Positions 1-13,298 of a stretch of 64,000 nucleotides of DNA are shown in pieces; positions within the stretch are counted from its first letter, which is position 1; each line of letters starts with the position of its first letter. A program made the position numbers and the translations under genes. The DNA is from Alphaproteobacteria bacterium (GTDB lineage: Bacteria > Pseudomonadota > Alphaproteobacteria > UBA828). The notes under the pieces are model-generated. The model did not search any database. It saw nothing but the letters and a program-made list of their open reading frames with translations, and was not told where the DNA came from. The DNA lies in contig CBDCCI010000002.1 of NCBI GenBank assembly GCA_965214705.1, forward strand, positions 96,001 through 160,000. The letters are read 5' to 3'.

Positions 1-216
1 TGGCTTCGATACTATGCCGTCCCAACCAGCTTCCCGTACCTCAAGCAGTTCACGTTCCGGCTCGTGCGGCTATGGCGTCGCGTGCTGCGGCGCCGATCCC
101 AAAAGGACCGCTTCACGCTGGCCAAGGTCGGCGCCCTGGCGCGGGCCTTTTGGCCGCCACTGAGCATCCGCCACCCTTGGCCAAACCAGCGATTTGCCGT
201 CAACCACTCAAGGTAG
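1..216 (+). CDS. ltrA: Group II intron reverse transcriptase/maturase, C-terminal part (5' end outside window)
   Basis: Frame +1 (not in ORF track) reads WLRYYAVPTSF...LWRRVLRRRSQKDRF...WPPLSIRHPWPNQRFAVNHSR*, typical of maturase X-domain ends lacking an endonuclease; directly followed by DV/DVI. Confidence 0.85.
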   Translation, partial: WLRYYAVPTSFPYLKQFTFRLVRLWRRVLRRRSQKDRFTLAKVGALARAFWPPLSIRHPWPNQRFAVNHSR

Positions 217-290
217 GAGCCTCGTGCCCTAACGGGCCTGCGGGGATCTGTGCGGGGGGCGCTGGGTAACCGGCGTTCCTACCGCAAAAC
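217..290 (+). ncRNA. Group II intron ribozyme domains V and VI (3' end of intron)
   Basis: GAGCCTCGTGCCC-TAAC-GGGCCTGCGGGGATC hairpin (AGC triad) then TGTGCGGGGGGCGCTGG-GTAA-CCGGCGTTCCTACCGCAA; exact 3' splice site uncertain by a few nt. Confidence 0.85.
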
Positions 291-351
291 AGCAGCGTCA
301 ATCAGGATGAGACGGGGGAGATCGGCGGCCAGGAATGTAGGGAGGGCGTAG

Positions 352-2801
<2,450 letters not shown>

Positions 2802-3046
2802 GCCGGCCACCACTGCCCCACTCGCGGCCCGCGAGAGATCGACCCCCGCGGGCCGCCTCCTCTCCGCGTCAATCTGGCTGCTCGAAGAAACTGTCGCGCC
2901 GCGACAATCAAAATCCAAAAAGAGCTTGCAATCCCCGCCTCACAGCGGAATCCTCAACGCGCCGTCGCCGCCAGGAATCTCATCCTGATAGCCGCGCGGA
3001 TCTCATGCAGATTGTCGCGCCATACACGAACAGAGTTCTTTTTTTG

Positions 3047-4712
3047 GTAACTGCCCAGGTTGTCTGATTTGTCATTTTGGACCAGTGAGTTGAGGTGCGG
3101 TTCGCTCGGAATTGACGCGAAGGGCTTGACGGGAGTTTCGGAAAATGAATCAACAACGACATGACCAATCCCGAGTCGCCGCGCGGCCCTTCGACGGGGG
3201 CACAGCCCGAAAGTTCCGAGCAGAAGATCGCTCGCCTGGAGGAGGAGAACGCCTGGCTTCGGCAGCAGATTGCGCGGCTGGAGGAACAAGACACGCGTCT
3301 TGTCGAGCGTATCGAGGAGTTGGAACGCCGTCTCGGACTGAGCAGTCGCAACAGCGCCAGGCCGCCGTCGAGCGATGGGTTGAAGAAGCCGAGGGCCAAG
3401 CGGCGAACCCAAAGCCAGCGGGGCAAATCGGGGCGCAAGCCGGGCGGTCAGCCCGGCCACAAGGGCGAGACGTTGCGCCGCACGGATCACCCGGACCGGG
3501 TGGAGAACCACGTTCCGGCTGCCTGCGAGGGATGCGGTTCGTCCCTGTCGGCGGCGGCCACGGCAGGGGTGTCGCACGCCCGCCAGGTCTTCGACCTGCC
3601 CGAGGCGCATGCGCTGGAGGTGACCGAGCACCGGGCGCATGCCAAGTGCTGCGGGCATTGCGGCACGCTGACCCGTGCAGCGTTCCCCGAGGGGGTGTCG
3701 GCGCCGGTGCAGTACGGGTCGCGCATTGCCGGCGTGGCGGTCTACCTTCAGCACGCCCACTTCCTGCCGGAGGACCGGCTGTCGCAGGTGATGGCCGAGC
3801 TGTTCGGCGCGCCGGTGACGGCTGCGACACTGGCGGCGATGAGCGACAGGGCGGCCGATCGGCTGCGGGGAGTTGCCACCCACATACAGGAGCTTGCGGC
3901 GGGCACGGCGCGGGTGAAGCACCTCGACGAGACCGGGTTCCGGATTGGCGGGCAGACGCAGTGGCTCCATGTGATCTGCACGCCGCATCTGGCGGCATTC
4001 CGGGTCAGCGCCAGGCGCGGCGACCTGCTCTCGGGTGTTTCCGGCATCGTCGTTCACGATCACTGGAAGCCGTACTTCACGTTGGAGGGGGTGGAGCACG
4101 GCTTGTGCAACGCCCACCACCTGCGGGAGTTGCAGGCGCTGGTGGACATCGAAGGGGAAGGCTGGGCCGGACGCATGCAGCAGCTCCTGCGCCGGGCCAA
4201 TCGCGCCGCCCGGATCGCGCAGGACAAGGATATCGCCGTTCCGGCGAGGCTTGTGGCGCTGATCGAGCGCCGCTACGACGAGATCATTGCCGAGGCGCTG
4301 GCCTTCCACGAGAGCCAGCCGCCGCTCTCGCCTCCCAAGCCCGGAAAGCGAGGACGCAGGAAGCGGCGGATCGGCCACAACCTCGCCCTGCGCCTGCGCG
4401 ATCGAAAATGCGCGGTTCTCCGCTTCCTGACCGACCCCGAAGTGGCGTTCACCAACAACGAGGCCGAGCGCGACCTGCGGATGATGAAGCTGCGCCAGAA
4501 GATCTCCGGCGGCTTCCGATCCGCAAAGGGGGCCGAGAACTTCGCCATCCTGCGCAGCGTGATCACCACCGCCAGAAAGCAGGGCTGGAACATCATCGAA
4601 GCCCTGATGAGCCCATCGGATCGGCTCATCGCCACCGTCAAGTGCGCGTGAGCCTACCGGGCAAGAACTCCCCAACACCGGAATCACCTCAGTAAGCGAC
4701 CTGGGCAGTTAC
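3047..4712 (+). mobile_element. IS66-family (single-ORF, ISBst12-like) element with 8-bp TSD TTTTTTTG
   Basis: Ends GTAACTGCCCAGGT...ACCTGGGCAGTTAC; TTTTTTTG at 3039-3046 and 4713-4720. Confidence 0.93.
3161..4651 (+). CDS. IS66-family transposase
   Basis: NSARPPSSD, GGQPGHKG, CxxC..CxxC, HLDETG, CNAHHLRE, FTNNEAERDLRMMKLRQKISGGFRS. Confidence 0.93.
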   Translation: MTNPESPRGPSTGAQPESSEQKIARLEEENAWLRQQIARLEEQDTRLVERIEELERRLGLSSRNSARPPSSDGLKKPRAKRRTQSQRGKSGRKPGGQPGHKGETLRRTDHPDRVENHVPAACEGCGSSLSAAATAGVSHARQVFDLPEAHALEVTEHRAHAKCCGHCGTLTRAAFPEGVSAPVQYGSRIAGVAVYLQHAHFLPEDRLSQVMAELFGAPVTAATLAAMSDRAADRLRGVATHIQELAAGTARVKHLDETGFRIGGQTQWLHVICTPHLAAFRVSARRGDLLSGVSGIVVHDHWKPYFTLEGVEHGLCNAHHLRELQALVDIEGEGWAGRMQQLLRRANRAARIAQDKDIAVPARLVALIERRYDEIIAEALAFHESQPPLSPPKPGKRGRRKRRIGHNLALRLRDRKCAVLRFLTDPEVAFTNNEAERDLRMMKLRQKISGGFRSAKGAENFAILRSVITTARKQGWNIIEALMSPSDRLIATVKCA

Positions 4713-5055
4713 TTTTTTTGAAGCTCAGACCCTCGCGCCTCAGGAAGCGCCAGATCGTGTCCCGGCTCACCGCGATCCCGGCAGCGGCCAGCAGCTCCCG
4801 AAGCCGGTCGATGGTCAGATGCGGCGTCTCAGCGACCAGCCTGTGAGCTAGTTCCCGATGCGGCTCCAGGAGCCAGGGGCGGTGACCGCCGATCCTGCCC
4901 GGCGCCACACTCCCCGTCGCCCGGTAGCGCGCGACCCACTTCGGCACCGATGGGACGCTGACGCCGAAGCGCGCCGCCACCTGGCGGATCGGCTCGCCCG
5001 CCAGATGGGCCCGCACCACGCGCTCGCGAAGATCACTCGAATAGGGTTGTGTCAT
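4713..5055 (-). pseudogene. IS630 transposase N-terminal HTH half (orfA)
   Basis: YSSDLRERVV, VAARFGVS, ends at slippery TTCAAAAAAA where the IS66 inserted. Confidence 0.85.
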
Positions 5056-5401
5056 CCATGCTGGCCTCCTTCACCAGTAGCCAGCTTGAATCACATTCCC
5101 TAACTAATCGGAATTCCTAACGATTCTCTCGATGACGGATAGGCTCTAAGTCTTACTATCGCCGCGGTTGCCATGAGATAACGCATGCTGGATCGATTCC
5201 TTCTCGTGTGGAAGTTTTCCGAACATCGCGCTCACCAGTGTTCTCAGATTGGAATCATGCCGCTTACTAACTGCTTACGAAATTCTTCAGGAAATTTATA
5301 CCTGATTATCCGTGACACGCTGCCCGAAAAGCCGCGTTTTTTTCCATATATTTATATATTGATATATTCAATATATAAATATATGGACGTAGCGGTCAAA
5401 A

Positions 5402-5798
5402 TGCGAATTCCGGCCGCATTTGACGGCGATTCTGGCGTGATTTGACGGTCCGGGTTCGGTTTGCCGCCAGTCCGTAGGACCGTCGACCTGGCGGGCATTC
5501 TCGGCCACGCCAGCGCGCCGATTCTCTCTCGGCACTGCCTCATCGGTCGATCGACCGAGGCGAGGAGGCGGGGGCTCGATGAAGAGGATCGGCATGAACG
5601 ACATCAGACATTCTTCGGCAGCATCACGGGCTCGGCCTGACGCGCGACGGGATCGCGGCGGCGACCGGGGTGAGCGCGGGGACGGTGTCGCATGTTCTGG
5701 AGCGCGCGTCCGCGGTGGGTCTGTCTTGGCCGTTGCCGGCCAATCTCGACGACGATGCGCTTCGGGCGCGGCTCTACCCGCCTAGCGAGCGCGACAGC
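5402..5798 (+). pseudogene. IS21-family (IS408-like) left end plus frameshifted, truncated istA 5' fragment
   Basis: TGCGAATTCCGG terminus with repeated ATTTGACGG; peptide MKRIGMNDIR/ILRQHHGLGLT..GVSAGTVSHVLERASAVGLSWPLPANLDDDALRARLYP. Confidence 0.7.
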
Positions 5799-7027
5799 CC
5801 AAGCCCGCGCCGCCTGTGTCTCGACTCCGCGTCTCGTCGAGCCGGACGAAGGGCTCGAACACCCGCTCCATATCGGCGTCGGGAATACCCGGTCCGTCGT
5901 CCTCGATGACGACGTGCAAACGTCCGTCATCGGCAGCGATCTGCGCCGTTGCACGGACGCCATGGGTGCCCGCGTTCTCCAGAGGGTTGCGGAATGCACG
6001 GCGCAATGCCACAGGCCGGCAGGAGACCAGCACCCGGCCGAAGTCCAGCACTGTGAGTTCATGGCCCAGATCCGAGAGGTCGGCGGTCAAGCTGTCGATC
6101 AACGCATGGAGGTCGACTGTCCGAGTCTCTTCCCGCTGCGCGTCCTCCCTGATGAACGCGAGGGTGTCCTCCGTCATCCGCTGCATCTCGGCCAGCGCGG
6201 CCAGGAGCTTCGTCCTGGAATTCTCGTCCTCGACCAACTCGGCCTGAAGGCGAAGGCTCGTGATCGGGGTCCGCGGATCGTGCGATACCGCCGCCAGCAT
6301 GGCCGTACGGTCGCGCACGTAGCGTTCGAGCCGCCCGTGCATGAGGTTGAAGGCACGTGCAGAACTCTGGAGTTCCAGGGGGCCGGTCTCCGGCAGGTCG
6401 TCCACCTCCTCGCCCCGGCCGAGCCGATCCTCGGCCGCTGCAAGGCTCTTCAGGGGTTTGGGAGATCCACAGTCCCATCAGAACGGCCACACCGGCCACA
6501 GCGAGCGCGGACAGCAGGAACAAGAGCACGAACGTCAAGCCCCAGGGCGGCACGACCGGCGGCCTCTCCGTGACGTTCAGCCAGTGACCGCCTCCTATGG
6601 ACATGGATGCCGCGAACCAGTGGACCCCACCGTCATCGTGGTCGTCTTCGTGCAGTTGGGTGTGCTGCAGCGGGGCCACATTGACCCGACCCGGCCCGAC
6701 TCCGAGCGCAACGGACAGATCACGTGCGAAGGCATCGGCCCCGTCTCCGCCTTCCGTCCGGCCAACGAGAGGCTCCCGGCTCAGCGTGAACCGCGCCTCA
6801 TCGGTGCTCGCCGTCGCGACGATAGCGCTGTGAAGCGCGGGCGGTGTGTCCCGGAGCAGCCGCACGACGGTGCCGGCCCGCAAAGCGACATTGTCCAGAT
6901 GAGCGTCATGCACCGCCTCACTGCGCTCGGCCGCGAAGAGAGCGATGGCGATGCCCTGAGCGATGACGAGGGCCAGCAGCAACAGCAGCGCGAACTGGCC
7001 CGCGAGGCTCCTGGGCACGAGCCTCAT
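5797..7027 (-). pseudogene. Sensor histidine kinase (HAMP-HisKA-HATPase), frameshifted and C-terminally truncated
   Basis: Two frames: TM/periplasmic part 7027-~6460 and AVSHDPRTPIT, IEDDGPGIP, VFEPFVRL, GGAGLG; ends at IS21 remnant. Confidence 0.85.
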
Positions 7028-7742
7028 TGGCGCTCAACGTTGCCCGCGAACCGGTAGCCGCCGCCCCAAACGGTGGCAATGAGTTTCGGATTCGCCGGAT
7101 CCCGCTCCAGCTTTCGGCGCAGACGGCAAACCTGGTTGTCGATGGCGCGGTCGAACCGCCCCGCGTGCCGACCCCGCGTCAGATCGAGAAGCTGATCCCG
7201 CGAGAGCACTATCCCGGGTCGCTCAAGCAAAGCTTCGAGAAGCAGAAACTCGCCCGTCGACAACGGCGTCACCACGCCGGCCTCGTCCACCAGCTCGCGC
7301 CCGCCCGTGTCCAGCTACCAGCGATCGAACCGGTATGACCCCACCGCACGTGACTCCCCGCCGGGCAGCAGGCTTTGGGAGCGCCGGATCACCGCCTTGA
7401 TGCGCGCCAGCAGTTCGCGGGGATTGAACGGCTTGCTCACATAGTCGTCGGCCCCAACTTCCAGGCCCACAATCTTGTCCGTGACCTCCGTCATTTCGGT
7501 CAGCAGGATGACCGAGAGCCGGGTCGTTGCCCGCAAGTGCCGGCAAACTCAAGGCCGTCCTCGCCCGGCATCATGATAGCGAGCACGACCAAGTCGACCG
7601 CGGCCACCTCGAGTGCCCGTCGCGCGGCGGCACTGCTGTCGGCGACGGTGACACGTACCTCGTGCGTTTCGAGATACCGCGCCAGCGGTTTGCGGATATC
7701 CCGTTCATCGTTAGCCGCAAGGACGTGCGGCGACTCCTGCAT
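7024..7742 (-). pseudogene. OmpR-family response regulator, split over three frames
   Basis: VDLVVLAIMMPGEDG (phospho-Asp replaced), GADDYVSKPFNPRELLARI, LSRDQLL, ATVWGGGYRF. Confidence 0.88.
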
Positions 7743-7910
7743 GCGCTACAGCTTACGATGCAGTTCACCGGAGGCAGAAGTTGTACAAGGTGTGTCACAT
7801 CGCCTCCTTGCGACGGACCGCGACACACCGGGATTGTCGGCGGCAAGGTTTTGCGACATTCCTGTTCTATCGACTGCTCCTCCGACCACATCCAACGAAG
7901 GAGTGGGCCG

Positions 7911-8135
7911 ATGAGAGCGACAATGGCGACATTGATCGGCATCGCCATCGCTATGACGATCGGCGTCAACGCACTCGTAATGACGAGCTACTCCGGCCAG
8001 CGCAATGGCGACAACGACGATCATGCTGCGCTGGCCATGGGTGCGGCAGACGCCGTGGCCGAGCCCGCCCAAGCGGGGAGTAGCCAAGACAATACCGCGC
8101 GTATCGGGCTCCCCTCTACCGGCTTCGGGCGCTGA
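7911..8135 (+). CDS. Small exported/membrane peptide divergent from the response regulator
   Basis: AAGGAG RBS; hydrophobic N-terminus MRATMATLIGIAIAMTIGVNALV. Confidence 0.45.
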   Translation: MRATMATLIGIAIAMTIGVNALVMTSYSGQRNGDNDDHAALAMGAADAVAEPAQAGSSQDNTARIGLPSTGFGR

Positions 8136-8756
8136 CTGGTCGTGTAGACCTCGCCGTTTCGGTACGCGAACGCCAATCCGTACCGGAACGGCGAGAATCA
8201 CCCATAGTTCCAGGCATCGCACTCGAGCGCCGCTTTGTCTCTGCATCCGCTAGTGGCATCGCCAGGCCGTTCGATCGCCACGTCCGAGCAAGGCAGGTCT
8301 CTCGGTCGGGAAAGCCAGTGGCAAGTATTCGAGGAAGGGGGGGAGTACACCGACTACACTGACGGCGGCACGCTCACGGTCGCGGATGCGATCGAGGCCG
8401 CCGACCTCGAGACCGGACGCGAGAGTGATTGATGCTGTCCGACGAGCTGCGCAACGCCTTCCAACAGGTCCGCTACGAGATCGCCGGCGGGACTTGCACG
8501 CCGGACATAATGGTTGATCTTCTGCGACTGAATTGAGGATATCGCCAAGCGCATCGAAGACTACGAGCGCTCGGCCGGCCCCGGCTCTCGCCTCGACCCG
8601 GACCGGCTGCCCGAAGGCGTGGTCGCCCTCCATCCGGAGCCGCCGGCATAACGCTCCCGCCCGGCAAGCACCCACCCACGTTGACGCCGGACCTCCTCTA
8701 CAAGCACGACGTCCGACGTCGATGAGTGCCGGCGGACGGACTATGAGGGCGACACC

Positions 8757-8933
8757 TTGACGATCCGCGCGGCACACTCGCATTCATTGTCCGCGATGGC
8801 CCTGTTGGTAATCTCCGCTGCACTCGGCCTGAGCGCCTGCGGCGACGGCGGTCAGTCCGGACCGGCGCCACAGACAGGGGGATCGGCAGCGTTCAACTGG
8901 ACGCACGAGGCGGTGCCGGGTGCACATCACTAA
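8757..8933 (+). pseudogene. Truncated lipoprotein N-terminus
   Basis: MALLVISAALGLSACGDGG lipobox LSAC, ends FNWTHEAVPGAHH* where AT-rich DNA begins. Confidence 0.45.
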
Positions 8934-8986
8934 CGTATTTTATACATCCGATTCTTGCGATTCCATCAGGATATGGATTGCGAAAA

Positions 8987-9450
8987 CTATGCGGTATAAA
9001 TTTTCCCGTTCCCGTCATTTATCTTTCCCGCTGTGCTTTGCCAGACACTACGCTTAGCATACAACTTCCCACATACAGAAAGCCAGCCTTTCAACCCCGT
9101 GACAGTCAGCATCAATTTCAAGAACTTTCGCAAAGCCTGTGATGTGTTTACGGATTGCTCGCAATCGCCCTCAACCCATGTACGGCCGCTGACTGGCGCA
9201 TCCGTATAGTTGTCATTCCAGCAGTCTTCCACCAACTCCCCTACATTACCCAGTATATCAAATAGACCGAATCTGTTCGGCAAATGGGTTCCTACAGGGG
9301 ATGTGAATATATAGCCGTCGTCACATTTGTGGGATGGGTCCGTCCATTCTGGGTATTCCTTCCCAAAGGAAACGCTTGCAACATTCGCGTAACGACAGGC
9401 CTCTGACGCGTTGTCGCCCCAGTAGCGCGAAGTGTTCGCACCCGGGGCTC
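8987..9450 (-). pseudogene. Formylglycine-generating-enzyme (FGE/SUMF1) domain fragment
   Basis: TSRYWGD, CRYANV, CDDGYIFTSPVG, PNRFGLFDILGNVGELVEDCW; canonical C-terminal RGGSW absent. Confidence 0.8.
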
Positions 9451-9886
9451 GGTGAGCCGCATCGAGAAGACGTACTTCACGCGCTTGCGAAAGGTGTCGT
9501 ACGAGATGCGGCCGAAGCCGCGCTCGCCCCACCGTCGGCCCCACGAATTCATGACGGCGAAGTACTGGCCGCGCTCCGAGTAGCCGACGACGGTGACCGC
9601 ATGACCTCCTTCGTCGTCCGCTTTCGGCCAACCCGCCCGCCAGACCTTGCTTCCTCTCAATCGATGGAAGTCCCGGTTGGGCAACGTGCTTATCACCGCC
9701 GGATGGCCGTCCGCCAACTCACCCTTAACTTGATCCAGACGATCGGTGTCGACGAACAGCCACTCTGCGATTCTGAACTTCGAGGCGCGCGCAGCCATTC
9801 CGGCGCTCGGCCGCCGGGGGAAATCGGCCGCTGAGATCGACGGAGGGTGGCAGATAGGCGCGAAACAGCGGCGTGCGCGGTATGTC
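9450..9886 (-). pseudogene. Papain-like C1 peptidase, downstream part
   Basis: LPPSVDLS, then GGHAVTVVGY...VMNSWGRRWGERGFGRISY; catalytic-Cys segment not seen. Confidence 0.8.
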
Positions 9887-10067
9887 TGTTGGCGATCACG
9901 CAAAAGCGCGCGTATTCGCTCATTTTGACAGCCTGATGTGGTGGAGCGTTGATCGGCGTGGCGCCGATCTGCAGTGCTGAGCGCGGTCCGGCTTGTGGTG
10001 TTGGTCGTCGTGATCGCGGTGGTGCGAGAGCGGCCCTGCAGGTTTGGCTGAGGGACCCTGTTGTTTT

Positions 10068-10988
10068 TCAGTCGATGAGCCGATCGTCGGTCTCGAGCAT
10101 ATTGCCTTCGAGGTCACGCCTGCGCATGTCGTTCCAGTCGTCACCGTCGAGGGCGGGCCGCACGCGGACGACCCTGCTGTCGCTTCGGAACAGCCGCTCG
10201 GCGGCGTCATCGCCGCCAGGGGTAGCGTCGTAGGCACAGAAGATGCGGCGGGGGTTCCAGTCCTCGATCCACGCGGGGAGGCTTGGAGTGACGGCGGCGA
10301 TGGAGACCACGGCACATTCCCTGAGTTCGGCGGGCATGAGCTGGAGGGAGAGGGCGGACAGGGCGTCGATGGCGCTCTTTGCGATGAGCACGGAGTGCGG
10401 CCAGTCGAGCTCCCACGATATCCAGAAGCCCCCGCGGGCGAGCGGGGATGGGGCAGCTTCGCCGGCGCCGGCAGCCGCTCCGCACCGGCCGCCGGTGGGG
10501 ACGATCTCGGCGCCGGTCGCGACCCCTGCGGCGTCTCGACAGACGAACACGGCATTGGCGTTGCGGTCGGCGTGGACCAGGCGGAGGTCGCGGCACAGGG
10601 TGAGGAGCACGGGCGAGAGACCGCGCTCGTCGACGAGGTGGCGTTCCACTGCGGGCCAGTGCCGCTCCTGCGGATGCGGCAGCCGTGGGCAGGGGCACTG
10701 CGGGGGGCGCCGGGAAAGGCCCGGCAGTTTCGCGAGGAAGGCCAGGGCGTCGGGCACGGTGCAGCGTTGGGCATGGACCACCAGGTCGACGGCCCCGGCG
10801 CCGCCCTCGCCGCGCAGATGGTCGTAGAACATGAAGCGGTTGATGGTGACGACCGATCCAAGACGCCTCCAGCGATCGGCGTCGTCGGGATCGCGGCGGT
10901 AGCCGAGGGCGCGGGCGACGTCTTCGAGGGGACAGCCGCGCAGCCCCTCTGCCCGCAGCCGCCGCTCCCATGGGCGTAGCTGGCGCAC
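10068..10988 (-). CDS. DUF3991/TOPRIM (primase-like) domain protein, catalytic motifs degenerate
   Basis: [60 protein letters not shown]. Confidence 0.65.
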   Translation of the reverse strand: MRQLRPWERRLRAEGLRGCPLEDVARALGYRRDPDDADRWRRLGSVVTINRFMFYDHLRGEGGAGAVDLVVHAQRCTVPDALAFLAKLPGLSRRPPQCPCPRLPHPQERHWPAVERHLVDERGLSPVLLTLCRDLRLVHADRNANAVFVCRDAAGVATGAEIVPTGGRCGAAAGAGEAAPSPLARGGFWISWELDWPHSVLIAKSAIDALSALSLQLMPAELRECAVVSIAAVTPSLPAWIEDWNPRRIFCAYDATPGGDDAAERLFRSDSRVVRVRPALDGDDWNDMRRRDLEGNMLETDDRLID

Positions 10989-11000
10989 GGCTGCGCCGCC

Positions 11001-11795
11001 TCAGTCGTCCCCGGTGTCCTGCGGGTCGCCGGATCGCCGGCGCCCTTTCTCCTGGCGCCGGCGGCGGCGCTCTGTGCTGCGCTGCTTCTGGCGCTCCTCG
11101 GCCTCCTTGCGGCGGTATGAATCGCCGTCGATGGCGATGATCTCGGCGTTGTGGACGAGGCGGTCGACCAGGGCCACGACGCAGGCGGCGTTGGGGAAGG
11201 CCTCGCCCCACTCGGCGAACGGCCGGTTGGTCGTGATAATCGTGGAGTTCTGCTGGGTGCGGCTTGAGACGATGCTGAACAGCAGGTCGGCGTGGCGGTT
11301 GCTGTAGGAGAGGTATCCCACCTCGTCGATCACCAGCAGTTGCTGGCGGGCGTAGAAGCGCAGCTTTCGCTGGAGCAGGGTGTCGGAGTCGATGGCGGCG
11401 AGCTCGCCGAGCATGCTGGCAGCGGTGGCGAAGCGCACGGTATGGCCCTCGAGGACGGCGCGGTGGGCGATATTGGCGGCGATCGTCGATTTGCCGACGC
11501 CGTTGGGGCCGACCAGGACGACGTTGGCGGCCTCCTTGAGGAAGTCGAGGCCCATGAGGTCCTCGACGGCCATGCGGTCGCAGCGGCGGGGCCAGTCCCA
11601 GTTGAAGTCGGCGAGCGGCTTGAAGTCACCGAGCCGGGCATCGGCGAGGCGGCGCTTGAGGCTTCGGGCGCGTCTCTCGTCTTCTTCCCAGGCGATGAGC
11701 GTGGTCAGCCAGTCGCACTCGCCGACCTCGTCCCAGTGTGCGATGAGGCCGTGCAGGCCGAGGGCACGGGCCCGGTCCTTGAGGGTGTCGGTCAT
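11001..11795 (-). CDS. istB: IS21 helper ATPase IstB
   Basis: [41 protein letters not shown]. Confidence 0.93.
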   Translation of the reverse strand: MTDTLKDRARALGLHGLIAHWDEVGECDWLTTLIAWEEDERRARSLKRRLADARLGDFKPLADFNWDWPRRCDRMAVEDLMGLDFLKEAANVVLVGPNGVGKSTIAANIAHRAVLEGHTVRFATAASMLGELAAIDSDTLLQRKLRFYARQQLLVIDEVGYLSYSNRHADLLFSIVSSRTQQNSTIITTNRPFAEWGEAFPNAACVVALVDRLVHNAEIIAIDGDSYRRKEAEERQKQRSTERRRRRQEKGRRRSGDPQDTGDD

Positions 11796-13297
11796 TCTTC
11801 GCTGTCCTCCTCCTCGCCCTCGCCCGCCAGCCCGTCGTAATCCGTCAGGTCGTGGTCGCGGACGGCGATGTCGCGGACCTTCGGATCGTCGGGCAGATCG
11901 ACCGGGATGGGCGGCGGCTTGTCCTGCTGTTCGCGGCGCCTCGTCAGGCTCAGGCGCACGGCGTTGGGATGGGGGACGCCGCGCTTGAGCGCCTCGTCGA
12001 TGCCGGCCTCGAGCTCGGCGGCGCCATACTCGTCGAGGAGGCGCAAGAGGGCGGCGACGATGGAGCCGAGATGGCCGCCGCGTTTGGCGGCCTCGTCGAG
12101 CAGGCGCTCGCTGTTCGGCGCAGCCTTGATCAGACGATCCTGCCCGCGAAGGCGCCGGGCGTGACGCTTTTTCTTGGCCAACTCGGCGATGTGCTCGGGG
12201 ATCTCGATGCAGGCGCCCTTGTCGAAGCTGCGCGGATGGGTGGCAATGACGTCCGTGCCGTCGAGGATGCGGACCTCGTCCAGCGTCGCGATCACGACAA
12301 GGGTGTGCCGCGCATGGGTGTGGGGGACGCTGTAGTCGTTGAGATCGAACCGGGCGTAAGGCGTCTTGCCGATGACGACCTCGACCCGTTCGTCGACGGG
12401 GAAGCGGTCGCCGGGCAAGGCCATGAGAGAGCTGCGTTCCTTCTCGAAGGCCTCGCGCACGGTGATGGAGCGATCCTCGGGCCAGGGGCGGTCGGCGGCG
12501 ATGCCCTCGCACCAGGCCTCGGCCTGGGCGTTGAGGTCGTCGATGTCGCGCCACTCCCGGGCGGCGAAGAAGCTGGCGCGTACATAGCGTATGGCCCGCT
12601 CGACGCGCCCTTTTTCGTTGCCGCGCGCGATCGCGACAGGCCGTGCCAGCACGCGGTAGTGGGCGGCGAAGTCGAGGTACCGGGGATTGAAGTGGACAGC
12701 GCTCCCGCGGCGCTCGAGCACGACGCTCTTCAGGTTGTCGCACCAGATCTCGCGCGGCACCCCCTGCCAGGCCTCGAAGGCGTCGATATGGCCGCGCAGG
12801 AAGTTGTTCATCCCTGCGCCCAGGTAGAAGCGCAGGAAGATGCGGCGCGAGTAGCTGAGCACCATCACGAAGCCCATCAACGGGCGCTCCGCGCGCCCGA
12901 TCCTGACCTTGCCGAAGTGGGCCCAATCGACCTGGGCCTGCTCGCCGGGAAGGGTCTTCAGCCGCAGATAGGCCTCGGCTTCAGGCTTCGGCCGCAGGGA
13001 GGCGATCACACGACGGAAGTGGCTCTGGCTCCCCCGGTAGCCGCGCCCGCACACCATCTCGTAGAGCCGGCTGGCCGGCAGCGTCGGGTATTTCTTCAGT
13101 GTCTGGCGGATGAAGGGGATGAAGGGATCGAGCTTCGAGGGCCGCGGCTTGTGCTGCCGAGGCTCCTCGGCGTCCCTGATCGCGCGCCGCACGGTGCCGT
13201 GATGGACGCCGAGCTGACGCGCGATCGTGCCGATCTTCCACTTCTCGGCGTGATACAGCCGCAGGATCTCCGCTCTCGTCTCCTTGTCTGTGGTCAT
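11792..13297 (-). CDS. istA: IS21 transposase IstA
   Basis: PGEQAQVDWA, GVPREIWCDN, RGNEKGRVER, NDYSVP. Confidence 0.93.
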   Translation of the reverse strand: MTTDKETRAEILRLYHAEKWKIGTIARQLGVHHGTVRRAIRDAEEPRQHKPRPSKLDPFIPFIRQTLKKYPTLPASRLYEMVCGRGYRGSQSHFRRVIASLRPKPEAEAYLRLKTLPGEQAQVDWAHFGKVRIGRAERPLMGFVMVLSYSRRIFLRFYLGAGMNNFLRGHIDAFEAWQGVPREIWCDNLKSVVLERRGSAVHFNPRYLDFAAHYRVLARPVAIARGNEKGRVERAIRYVRASFFAAREWRDIDDLNAQAEAWCEGIAADRPWPEDRSITVREAFEKERSSLMALPGDRFPVDERVEVVIGKTPYARFDLNDYSVPHTHARHTLVVIATLDEVRILDGTDVIATHPRSFDKGACIEIPEHIAELAKKKRHARRLRGQDRLIKAAPNSERLLDEAAKRGGHLGSIVAALLRLLDEYGAAELEAGIDEALKRGVPHPNAVRLSLTRRREQQDKPPPIPVDLPDDPKVRDIAVRDHDLTDYDGLAGEGEEEDSEE

Positions 13298-13298
13298 C

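Larger units (their letters stand above)
3027..5148 (-). mobile_element. IS630-family element, interrupted by IS66 and cut by IS21
   Basis: Terminus TAGAGCCTATCC at 5148; orfA MTQPYSSDLRERVV...REGLSFKK continues as KKRTLF at 3046-3027 across the IS66. Confidence 0.8.

Noticed and set aside
8235-8660. Possible degraded gene downstream of the small exported peptide
   Set aside because: Protein-like pieces in shifting frames but no recognisable family; too weak to call.
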